Assembly: GCA_024137785.1 (NCBI GenBank)
Contig: JAHRHZ010000130.1
Location: 2,426,365 to 2,490,364, forward strand
Direction of reading: 5' to 3'
From: Ginglymostoma cirratum
Taxonomy: Eukaryota
DNA: 64,000 bases
Shown: one piece after another, positions 53,621 through 64,000 of the stretch
Layout: every line of letters begins with the position of its first letter
Numbering within the stretch: the stretch's first letter is position 1
Translations under genes and position numbers: made by a program
Notes under the pieces: generated by a model
The model's input: only the letters and a program-made list of their open reading frames with translations
Told to the model about the DNA's origin: nothing
Database searches by the model: none

Positions 53621-53748
53621 CTTCAGCAGAGTGACACCTGCGCTGTAGGACATACTCAGGAAGAACAAGATAATAAAGGCGGAAGCTGTTGTCCAGATAT
53701 TGTCGCACTTTTCCTCAAAATCATCAAACTGAATGTGGTCCGAGTTAT
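53621..53748 (-). CDS. IGHM: Ig heavy chain transmembrane exon TM1
   Basis: Not in the ORF track. 128-nt exon, acceptor ctacatcttgtag| and donor AAG|gtgag, in phase with the Cmu4 internal donor. (D)NSDHIQFDDFEEKCDNIWTTASAFIILFFLSMSYSAGVTLLK: acidic spacer followed by the antigen-receptor TM motif (WTTAS.F..LF.LS..YS..VT). Confidence 0.93.
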
Positions 53749-54409
53749 CTACAAGATGTAGAGGAAAAAGATATACTCAGATTATTTAAAAATCCAGATG
53801 TAATATCATTGTTATCGTTAGGAAAATGACTGGTGTTGATATTGTTCCTTTCTCCTCTTCCTATTATACATTAGTTCTATACATATAGTTCTATAATTTA
53901 GTTTTCAATGTATCTCACATGTTAAATTAATCACTTATCAATGTGTCTTTATTTCATTTTCTCTAAAGTCATTGTGCCTGACTCAGAATATAGAATATAT
54001 TTGTCTTCAGGCCGGGTGTTAAATTATTTTGATTATTGGGCAGTTGAGAATTCAGTCATGTCAGACGACGTCTTTTTAACTAACATTTTAACTTATTCGG
54101 TGACTAAAGGTTTTGCTATATTGTATTCTAACCTCACATTTTAATATTTTATTTGTAATATACGCGCTTTGGCCATCATTGATTTCAATCAGTTTCTGGA
54201 GAAGATATTGTTTTTGTTTGTTTCTGCTACCAATAGGGGGACTGATAAATATATTGTGTCAAGATTTATTTATTCAGTTGAGCTTCCAGAAAAAAAGAAC
54301 ATTTAAAGATGCATTTAAATTGCATGACACTCTTGACATTTCAGTGTGGATGTCAGTGACTGGGTAAAGGCAGGTGCATCGATATTAAAGTAAAACTCTT
54401 TTGACACAC

Positions 54410-54660
54410 CTCTGAGGTAGGTAGGACTTGAACCCCGGCCTTTTGTTTCAAAAGGTACGGAACCTCGCTGACACTGCATCACATGAGCCCTGATTTTTGC
54501 ATGTAATTTGCTACCTTTTGGAATAAGACTCCACCGTTTTAAGTTGTACCTTTTTCTGGATTTTTACAATTAACCTGCTCAGACACGTGCCGGGACAAGT
54601 GAGTCTTGAACCCATACGGTATTCTTCAAAGGTAGGAACGCTATACCACTGTAACTCAAT
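54410..54660 (-). repeat. Two tandem degenerate tRNA-like SINE heads in the Cmu4-TM1 intron
   Basis: B-box-like GGTTCAAGTCC (~54424-54434) and GGTTCAAGACT (~54602-54612) on the minus strand in similar contexts; no cloverleaf. Confidence 0.45.
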
Positions 54661-55059
54661 CATCCTTGGCTGTACATATCTCTTGCATTATGATTGTTCG
54701 TGTTTAAGGGCATTTATAAATCCATGAGCGTGAATGCGCGTTTATGTGTATTTATTTCCGTTTCATTATAGTGTCTCTTTTTCATCTCGTTGCTTGAACG
54801 TATTTATTCCTTTTTTGTGAGTGACTATCTTTTATGAAGTTAAGCATTCTCAGAAATCTATCATAGCCAATTCCAAAAATCTCTCTACTACATCATCTTC
54901 ATACCGCCTGGGTCAGAAGACGTGGCTTACTTCATCCCCTTATTCGCTAATTTAAATTACGTCAACTTCTTATAAATACTACACTTACAAATCAAAATCA
55001 CAAGATAACTGGAGGGGGTCAGTTGCCCAGAGGACGAAAGGATGGAAGATGCACGAATG

Positions 55060-55165
55060 CAAGTGCGTGTCTGTGTTTTTGTGTATGCGCTTGCGTGCGT
55101 GCATATGTAGGGTGCACGTCTATGTGCGTCTGTCTGTCTCTGTGTGTGTGTGTGCGTGTGTGTAT
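55060..55165. repeat. Degenerate (TG/CG)n microsatellite
   Basis: Alternating purine-pyrimidine tract. Confidence 0.7.
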
Positions 55166-55794
55166 ATTTAAACTGCGTGAGTATTTGTCTTCGTTTCATT
55201 TTTTTCACATTGCGCGTCTCATTTCGTTTCTGGAGGTGCTTTGCTCTACTACGCGACTTTCAACGCTCACAAAAAACATTCTGGAATGAAGGGTTTAATT
55301 ATAACCATGAAGCCATTGTTGATTGTTGGGAAAAAGAAAATCTCTCTGGTTCACTAATGTTCTTTAGGGGAGGGAATCTGTTATCCTTATCCAACTTGGC
55401 CTACATGTGACTCCAGACCCACGGCAATGTGGTTGATTCTTAACTGCCCTCTGACCAGTTAGGGATGGACAATGAATACTGGTCTAGCCAGAAGCGCCCA
55501 AATCCCATGAGTAAGAAAAAGATGAGTGTGATACTGAATTAGTAATTTATCAAAATATTTCTGATGCAATTCTATAACCAACTTCCTTCATTTGTTCTCA
55601 GGCAGACTCTGTATGAAAGTATCACCTCAATCTCAAGCATGATCATATTTTGAAACATCTGATGCGCCTACAATTTTAAAATATTGATGATTATACGAAT
55701 ATATTTTATAGTCATAAATCTGTAAGTTTATTTAGAAGTCATCAGTTAGCTTTGGTTAAGATGTTGGATTTGAGTTGCCAATTGTTAGGTTTTT

Positions 55795-56365
55795 TGAGTC
55801 ATAGAGGTCTGCAGCACAGAAAAAGCCCATCATGTCTAAACATGTCAAAAATAAGCATCTGCCTATTTCAAGCCAATTTTCCGGTTCTTCTCCAGAGCCT
55901 TGTATGCATTAGCGTCGCACGTGCGCATCTAACTAGTTCTTAAATGTTATGAGATTTTCTGCCTGTACCAACCATATAGACAGTGAGTTCCAGATTACCA
56001 CTACCCTCTTGGGATAAAAAAAATTCCCTCGCAGCACCTGTAAACCTCCTGCCCCTCATCTTACATCTATGCTCTCTGATCATTGATTCCCCCACCAAAG
56101 GCCAACGTCCCTTCCTGTCTAACTTTTTCGATCTCCCTCGTAACTTTATCAATCTCAATTATGTCACCTTTCAATCTTCTCTGTTCCAGGGAAAACACCC
56201 CCACTGTATCCAGTCTGTCTTCATAACTTAAACTCTCGAGACCAGACAACATCCTGATAAGTTGCTTCTCTTCCCTCTCCACTGCCATCACATCCCTCTT
56301 GTGATACATTCCAGAATGGCATAGAATACTCTAGCTTTGGCATAGCCAAGTTTTGATCCGAGTCC
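55795..56365 (-). mobile_element. CR1-like LINE 3' fragment
   Basis: RMLSGLESLSYEDRL..VGVFSLEQRRLKGDIIE. Confidence 0.8.
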
Positions 56366-56781
56366 CCAACATTTTCCTTGTATGGAAACGTGGAGAGCAT
56401 CATCAAGGGCATTGAACCGGGAAAGTTCTGACAACGTGGTTTGTAGGGCGAATATACAATTCAAAAAAAAATATATTACCATGAATGTTGACAAATGGCA
56501 GCTCTTGCGGACAGTGTCCATTCAAAAACTCTTCGATGCTTGGTTTGGAAACTTTGTTATTGAGTTTTGATATTTGTGTATCATTCGTCTCTCGTTTTGG
56601 AATCGCTTGCCTTTGCTTCTCTGTGTATGTGTGGATCAGTTCATAAAAATGTTTCTTTGGTGATCATGTTTTTGTGTGAGTGAATTTTCCCACACGTATG
56701 AATGATTCAGTTTCATGCACTTTCATGTCTGTCTGTGGGTACACGTGTGTCTGTATTTGTGAAAAAAGTGGATACATTCCT

Positions 56782-56941
56782 CAGATAACAAGGTGTAGAG
56801 CTGGGTGAACACAGCTGAAGAAGGGTCTAGGCCCTAAACGTCAGCCTTCCTGCTCCTCTGATTCTGCTTGGCCTGCTGTGTTCACCCAGCTCTACACCTT
56901 GTTATCTCAGATTCTCCAGCATCTGCAGTTCCTACTATCTC
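56782..56941 (+). mobile_element. Short PLE family-A repeat with an inverted 5' arm and TSD
   Basis: Perfect 32-bp inverted arms at 56783-56814 and 56876-56907; TGGA(T/C)ACATTCCT at 56769-56781 and 56942-56954. Confidence 0.85.
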
Positions 56942-57509
56942 TGGACACATTCCTTGACTGCTTCAGGTTAACACATGCATGGGCGCGCTAATACGTGCAT
57001 CCGCGGTTGCATGTGTATGAGAGTGCTAAAATATTTTGTCTTGCACCTGCAAGTTCCTCTCCAAGCGACTCATCATCCTGACTTGGAAAAAAGTATCGCC
57101 ATTCCTTCACTTTCACTACGTCAAAATATTTCCCTTAAAAGGTCTCACTGCAGCACATGAAAGCAGCTGTCCTCAAGAGCACCCCAGGATGGGCAATGGA
57201 GCATGAGTCCCACCAGTGAATTTTTTAAAAAAATGCAAAATATATTGTGATTGTGTGTCCAAATGTGGCCTTTTTGGATTTCAGCTTTTGAGGGAGGAAG
57301 CCGTTAAAATTGTTTTGATATATCTTGTAATGAAAGACATTCAATATTTCTTTAACCCTCATATACCTGAGATGGGAGCGCCGGCTGTACAGACCAAAAC
57401 ACTCATATAACAGATATTTCAGGCAAAAAAGAACGCCCCACGCAAAACGGCGGGTGGGGGAATCCACTTAGCGACTGTGTATTTAACACATTACTGGAAG
57501 AAAATGCCT

Positions 57510-57515
57510 TTTATT
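57510..57515 (-). terminator. Polyadenylation signal of the secretory Ig transcript
   Basis: AATAAA on the minus strand about 40 nt after the secretory-tail TAA. Confidence 0.8.
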
Positions 57516-57553
57516 GTTACAGTTGCTGACGATACCACTTAAGATCTGTAACA

Positions 57554-57969
57554 TTATTTACAAACGCAATCGAGCACATCTGTTTGGCAAAAATTGACAT
57601 TGTCCACAAATGTAAGGGAAATATTTGCAAAACTCGATTTACCGCTGCATTTATTAACCATTCTGTGGATGACTTTCAGTGGAATTGCTTCATGTGTCAC
57701 CACACAAGAATAAAAAGCACCGCTGGCCCATTCCTCTGCTGCGATAGATAACAGGCTGTACATGAAGAAGGAATTATTGCCGTTCTCCGCCATCACCTCG
57801 GTGTTTCTGTAGTTTCTGGGATTCACTGGTTTCTCATTGGTGGTCCACTCGACAAAAATGTCTCGGGGGTAGAAACCTTTCACTAAGCAGCTGAGAGAGA
57901 CGAACTCGTGAGAGTCTTCTTCTGGTGAGGGCAGGAGGACAAACACGGACGGTTTCAGAAGATCACTAA
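57554..57969 (-). CDS. IGHM: Ig mu-type heavy chain exon Cmu4 plus secretory tail
   Basis: Acceptor ttttttgcag|. (V)[12 protein letters not shown]...[18 protein letters not shown]...NTEVMAEN...[29 protein letters not shown]...[30 protein letters not shown]. Internal donor AGCG|GTAAAT for the membrane form, whose exon part is 57643-57969 (327 nt). Confidence 0.95.
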
Positions 57970-58419
57970 CTGCAAAAAAAAAATAACTGCCAATTAACTG
58001 GCAAATTCTCGGAAAAGTGAAACTAGTGCTGAAACATAACAGACATCTGGTCAGGGCTTTATTTTCAAGTTTAGGACCCGTCTGTTTTCCGACCACAGCA
58101 GCTGCCCGCAATTCTCTTCACTGATAACTTTTAAGTAATGAAACGAAAAGACGTACGGATGTCACAACTCTGTTCGGCGAACCTGCTCATGCTGCAAAAG
58201 AGCCCCTTAAAACCCTCGTTCGTCCATTATAATTTCATGCCCTCCTATTGTTTTCTCCCTCACTGCTTCGTATTAAATGCATAATTTCTGGCTCCAGGAG
58301 TTTTAGTTGCTAAATGCGCGATTGTTCTAGTGAAACAAACGCTGAAGAGAATAGTGGCACCTGATGAACACCTGAAATAGATGAAGTTACCAGTATTTTT
58401 TTTTCAGCCACCCGCTCAC

Positions 58420-58725
58420 CTTCCTCCTTATGGATGGAGGCTCTTCGTTGTCTGGGCAGATCCTGATGCATCACCACACAGTAGAACTCAGATCCACTCA
58501 ACCATGCTTCTGTTGAAATGTTTATTCTGCTGATCCAGCTGTTAGGATCATCTTCCAGCTGGACAGCAATCTCTGACTTCAAGTGTCGTTCTCCTTGAAT
58601 CCAAGATACGTTGATTCCATGAGGAGAATTTGACATGATGCAGGTTAAGGTCACAGTCCCCTCGAGTAAGACCTGTTTTATTGACGGCTGCAGTATTGTG
58701 ACTACCATGTCAGTGCAAGACGGAC
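58420..58725 (-). CDS. IGHM: Ig mu-type heavy chain constant exon Cmu3 (second C exon of this gene)
   Basis: 306-nt phase-1 exon, acceptor ttgttttatag| and donor G|gtgag. (G)[28 protein letters not shown]...NVSW...LKSEIAVQ...[23 protein letters not shown]...ASIHKEE matches shark IgM CH3, not CH2. Confidence 0.93.
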
Positions 58726-58859
58726 CTATAAAACAAGGATTCTAACTCAATCCAAACTTAATATTTAGATTCAGAACACCAGTCCATGTTCTGTCAAGAA
58801 ATATACATCACCCTTGAGCTATTTTCCACTTTCTCTCAGCCCTGAATGGTGTGACCCAT

Positions 58860-59260
58860 ATCAACATAGAGCAATGCAGCACGGCCCTCCAAGCCTGCAC
58901 CAACACATTTTGCCTTTCCATACTAAAACTGTCTTTGCTTACAGGATCCGCATCCCTATTCCCTTCCGGTGCTTCTTGCATGCTGCTACAGTGACTGCTT
59001 CCACCACCTCCTCTGGCAGCGCATTCCAAGCACTCACTGTCTTTGGTATGAAAATCCTGCCGTTCACATGTCTTTTAAACGAATCCCACCCCCATCTTGA
59101 ATCTGTGTCCCCTAGTAATTGACCCCTCCACCCTGAGAAAAAGCCTCATACTTTCCACTCCATCCTTGCCATTCACAATCTTATAAACTTCTATGAGGTC
59201 ACCCCTCAACCTTCTGTGTTCAGTGAAAACAAACCCAGGCTATCCAACCCTTCTTCATAG
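58860..59260 (-). mobile_element. CR1-like LINE 3' tail in the Cmu1-Cmu3 intron
   Basis: ccaccacctcctctggcagcgcattcca and other tail motifs shared with 18410-18660. Confidence 0.8.
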
Positions 59261-60121
59261 CTTCATATCATTAATAGGAAGAGTAATAATTCCTACGTAG
59301 AGTAGAAGAGTAGAAACTCCTTCCTATAAATGTCTTGAGACATAATGCCTTCAGATTATCTCTCCATCTCTCCAAAATAGTAGGTGAAAAATGTTCACTA
59401 GTGTCAGTGCATGTTAGGAAATTCCTTACACGAACGTGGCTGATCTCGTACAGAACACACCTTGGAACTCAATTCTCCTACTTATGTTCATCACTATGGC
59501 AATTACAACAGAAAAAAAAGAACTGTGCTCCTGTCTAGTGAATATTGACTCCTGTTGCACCTGAAAGCATGCATTTCATTTTGCATACGTTTTTATCCAA
59601 GCCTCACGGGGGGCAGTCCCATTGTAGAAGCAGAGATATATTTACTTCACAACTACTCCAAGTTGGTTGTCAATGCACAAGAAATAGTATGAAATGTCCT
59701 GGCATCATTGTCATGCCATTGTCAATGAATAACAATTGTGTTTACCTGACACAATGTCATTCGCCTCAAATGGAGTTAATACTCCACATGCAAATTCTCC
59801 TGCTGTAGATTAAAATATTTCATGTCATTTCTTAGTTACTGGTCTAGAATCCCATTAAATACATAATCAAAGAACAGAATACTTCAGATGCTAGAAATAT
59901 GAAATAAAAATCAAAAGTTTTGGAAATAGCAGGTCGGGCAGTATCTGTGAAAAGCAAAATTGAATTAATCTTTCTGGTCTGTGTCAGGTCTAATGAAAGA
60001 TCACAAAACTGAAATGATAATTGCATTACTGATTCTATTGATGCTGTGTGAACTGCTGGATATTTGCACTATTTTGTTTTCATTTTTCTTGAGTGCATTT
60101 TTCTGGTACTGTTAGTTACAT

Positions 60122-60530
60122 CTTTTATTCATTCAGAGGACACGGGCTTCGCTGGCTATGCCAGCACTCAATACCCATCACTGTTTGCTCCCAAAACAAT
60201 TGTGAGCTGCCTTATTGAACAGCTGAAGTCTATTTGGGTGGGACTATGCCCCAGTGACATTGCAGGAATGGCAATATGTTTCCAAATCCAAAAGATGTGT
60301 GACTAGGAGATGAAGTTGTTGGTGGTAGCGTTCCAATGTATTACCGTTTATATGGTCATGTCTATGGATTTAGAAAATGCAGATGAAAAGGTCTTGGAGA
60401 ATGTGTTCAGTGAATCTTAGTTGGCACATATTGTTCCTAAGGTGAATCGGTCGTAGACGGAGCGATTGTAGATATGGTGCCAATCAAGTTGGCTGTTTTC
60501 TTGTCTTGGGTGTTCTCAAACTTCTTGATT
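60122..60530 (-). mobile_element. Second LINE family 3' fragment in the Cmu1-Cmu3 intron
   Basis: Homologous to 30400-30835 and 49900-50310. Confidence 0.6.
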
Positions 60531-61004
60531 CAGCTATGACATGTTACAGATTCTGCTCACAATTTGAACAATGTAGCTGATTCTGAATTTCCTACTGGTA
60601 TCTTAGTGATCATACTGTATACAGGACTTCTTGTTTTGATTGAATACATCTAAGTCTTTCTTAATTTTGAAGACCATCTTCAGCATTTCCTTTTGCATAG
60701 AAAAGGGAGAGCAGTTATTTCTTTGCTTACAATGTTAATTCTCATATCATTCTTATAAAATTTGCAACTTTTCTACTGCTCTGGTATTGTTCTTCAAATT
60801 TGGAGGTGTATACCCTCTGCTGAGAGTGACATAGAGACAGGAAATGCATGTACAGCACAGAGTATAATATGAAGACATGAAATATACATAATCCTAGACT
60901 TGATTAGCCAATGCTTTAGAACAATTGGAATATATATTGTTTAATTATCAATATTTGTCCATCCCCTCAATGTCTTCCCCAATTCCTCTTGCAACAACAC
61001 TAAC

Positions 61005-61298
61005 CTGGCATTTGGATCATCTTATTCAATCCATTGTATTGAACCTGGCAGCAAATGTTGTTGCTTCGCTCTTCAGACATGGTTAACGTGCTGCTCTGGG
61101 TGTAAGTACCCTGCTTGTTTCTCACTGAGAGGTAAGTCTTCACTCCAGTGGTGATTGGTTTCCCATCTTTTTTCCAGGTAATGCCAGTGATTTTGGGGCT
61201 ATAATCCATTGCCAAACAGCCATAGGTCACTGTGTCATCCATGTGAGTAGTTTCACAAGAGGAGAACAGGGCATAAAGCATAGGAGGAGAGGCGGGCA
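61005..61298 (-). CDS. IGHM: Ig mu-type heavy chain constant exon Cmu1
   Basis: 294-nt phase-1 exon, acceptor ...ttattcacag| and donor G|gttag. Translates (V)[97 protein letters not shown]: C1-set Cys/Trp/Cys pattern, with GCLAMDY, WKKD and GTYTQSS as in shark IgM CH1. Confidence 0.95.
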
Positions 61299-62164
61299 CT
61301 GTGAATAAACAACCAATTAAACAGGTTACCACCAGCGATTTTTGTTTCCAACATAATAGTTGTCCCATTTTGTCTAAGGTATAATTTAATATCAATGTTA
61401 CAATGAAAGTCTCCTATTAAGCGTTTGCACAACCGATGGGAATGTATTCATGAAACTGGAGCAAGTACAGGATTAATAGGGTGTAGGAGAAGCTGGAATT
61501 CAGGGGGCCAGACAAGTGCACTTGGGCATTGGTTTAAATCCCACCATAGCAGTTCATAGAATTTACATTCAATTCATCAATTTAGAATATTGATCTATTC
61601 TTGGTAATGGCGATGCTGAAAACTATACCTTTGTTAGAAATATTACTCAGCCCAGGGTTAGAGATCAGCTGTTTGTGATTTATGCGCAAACCTCAGGATG
61701 TGGAGAACAGATCTGTGATATATCACATGAACTGGAAAGAAAATATTTTTTGGGATTCACAACTGTTGCAATCCAAGCAATTAAAGCCATCTTGCATGTT
61801 GCATAGAGTTCACTAAGAGAAAATTAACATTTTATTCAAGCAGAATCTTTGCGCCACAAAAGCACCTTCCCTTCTGCAGGCAATTTCAAATGAGCACCTA
61901 CTACTGACAATATCAGCAGACTGCATGGGAGAATATGTTTTCGGAAACATTTCGCAAAAGACTTAAAATTACTCATGCCTATTTCAACTATGCAATAATA
62001 CGTTTTGCCTCCATAAAAATACAGAAGATTTGCAATCAACAAATGGGCACAAAATTTTCCATCATGAATCAGAACAGAATAAAAGTGTGTGGGATGTAAG
62101 TGCCCAGCAAATGGATACAAATTCTGCCTGTGCAGGGCTGGTCAATTCACAAAGTGTGGAAGTG

Positions 62165-64000
62165 TAGAACAGAACACCACTGGAACAAGCCCTGCGCCAA
62201 CCGTGATGCCAATCTAAACTAATCCTATCTGCCTGCATATTGTCTGTATTTCTCTATTGCCTACTTTTTCATGAGTCTGTCCAAATGTCTCTTAAATATG
62301 GCTATTGGAGTTGATTCTAGCACTGCCCTGGCAGAGTATTCCAGGCGCCTATCTTTCTCTGGGCAAAATAAAACTGTCTTACACATGTTCTTTAAACTTT
62401 CCCCACTCCCTCACCTTAAATCTACACCTACCATTATTTGACATTTCCACCTGGGAAAAATGCTCCGACTATCCATCCAATGATGCTTCTCGTAATCTTA
62501 TATACTTTCATCAGGTTGCCCTCTCAGCTTCTGATGCTCTAATGAATTTCATTCAAGTTTCTCCAAACTATACTTATAATTAATACACTCCATTCTAGGC
62601 AACATCCTAGTCAACATCTTGCACACTCTCTCCAAAAGCCCCACATACTTTCTGTAGTGTGGCGAACAGAACTATGTACAACACTCAAAGTCTGTAAAGT
62701 TTCATACAGCTAAAGTTTTGTCCAGCTGCAACATGACTTACCAACTTTTATACTCAATGCCCCAAATGATTAAAGCAGGCATGCCATATGCCTTCTCTAC
62801 CACCTTATGCACTAATGTGATCACTTTCATGGAACTATGGACTTGCATTCCAAAATCCCTGCATATCAATGTTTCCAATAGTCCTGCCATTTACACAATA
62901 CTTTCTTCTTGTACTTGACCTCCCAAAATGCATCAACTCATACTTGTCTGGATTAAAATCCAGCTGCTGTTTCTCCACCCAAATTCCCAACTGATCTATA
63001 TCCTGCTGTACCTTGTAACAACGTTTCTCACTATCCATAACTCCACTAATTTTTGTGTCATCTGCAATATTACTAATCAGACCGCCTATGTTTCATCCAA
63101 ATCATTTGTATACAAACATATTACAAACAATAGAGGTCCCCGCACTGATCCTTTGGAACATCACCAGTTACAGCCGTCCAGTCAGAAAAACTCCATTCCA
63201 CAACTACATCCTATCTTCTATAACTAAGGCAATTGTGTATCCAAATTACCAACTCACTGTGGATTACATGTAACCCAATCTTCTGGACAGCCTACGATGA
63301 GGGGCCTAGTTAAATGCTCTTGTAACATCCATGTAGACAATATCCACTGCCCTGGCCTCATCAGTCATCTTTGTCACTTCCATTAAAAGCTCAATCAAAT
63401 TTGAGAGACAAGATCTCCTCCGCACAAAACCATGCTAACAATTCCTAGTAAGTTCATTCTTTTCCGAATGCAAGTAAATAATTTTCCACAAAAGACTTTT
63501 CCAATAATTTCCCCACTATTGATGCAAGACTCAATGGTGTATCATTTCCTGGGTTATCGCTGTTCCCTTTCTTAAAACAAAGGACAAAATTCACTATCCT
63601 CCTGTCCTCTGCAACCTTGTCTGTGCTTAAAGAGGAAATTAAGAACTCTGTCAGGACCCCAGCAATATCCACCCTTGCCTCCTTCAGTATCCTTGGATAG
63701 ATCCCATCAGGGTCTGAAGGCTTGTCTACCTAATGCTTTCAAGAGACACAACAACGCCTCCTTCATCATATCGACATGCCCTAGAATATAAATATACCCC
63801 AACCTCATCTTATCATTAGCTGTGTCCTTCTCTTTAGTTAATACAGATGTGAAGTGTTCATTAAAAACCTCACCACATCATCTAGCTTCACACATAAATT
63901 CCCTCCATTGTCCATGAGTGGACCTACTATTTTCCTAGCTACCATCTTACTCCAAATACATGTATAAAATGCTTTGGATTCTCCTTAATCCGAATTACCA
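62165..64000 (-). mobile_element. CR1-like LINE RT and 3' end in the presumed J-C intron
   Basis: FKKGNSDNPGN..PLSLASIVGKLLE, LDFNPDKYELMHFGR, 3' tail ~62165-62400; runs off the window. Confidence 0.87.

Noticed and set aside
59735-59765. Minus-strand MTLCQVN resembling the YTCQV motif of a Cmu2 remnant
   Set aside because: No upstream Trp or B-strand Cys at Ig spacing and no acceptor; likely chance, though a sensitive alignment should confirm.
61299-64000. V, D or J segments or RSS upstream of Cmu1
   Set aside because: None found; isolated CACAGTG/CACTGTG heptamers lack a correctly spaced nonamer. Germline joining cannot be judged from this window.
1-64000. CRISPR arrays, operons or other prokaryotic systems; Ig switch-region repeats
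   Set aside because: The sequence is vertebrate with spliceosomal introns; there is no repeat-spacer array and no tandem switch-like repeat near the C exons.

Overview
Vertebrate, repeat-dominated DNA, most likely from a shark (inferred from shark-type IgM exons, HE1-like SINEs and CR1/HER1-like LINEs). Two host genes are supported, both on the minus strand. (1) The constant region of an IgM-type heavy-chain cluster: Cmu1 (61005-61298), Cmu3 (58420-58725), Cmu4 plus secretory tail (57554-57969), TM1 (53621-53748) and TM2 (53482-53490). I find no Cmu2 exon, which matches the three-domain IgM1gj architecture. The secretory tail is extended and Cys-rich, Cmu3 carries an RQRR substitution, and V(D)J must lie beyond base 64000. 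(2) An intact two-exon, 326-aa class A GPCR of the GPR139/GPR142-like group (30030-30099 plus 24443-25353), with a TATA box and adjacent homeodomain and O/E(EBF)-like sites upstream. The rest is nested, decayed retroelements: a Gmr1-order (PR-IN-RT-RH) Gypsy element split by CR1 LINEs, Penelope-like elements (PLEs) and their short hammerhead-bearing derivatives, tRNA-derived SINEs, a solo LTR, and a 400-N gap. The most unusual structure is a ~2.95-kb insertion (33442-36388) with a 19-bp TSD, a PLE tail at one end and an inverted copy of its own cargo at the other, suggesting PLE-mediated transduction of host DNA. Exon and TSD coordinates were read base by base; most repeat boundaries are approximate. 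Comparisons with published proteins are from memory and need alignment.
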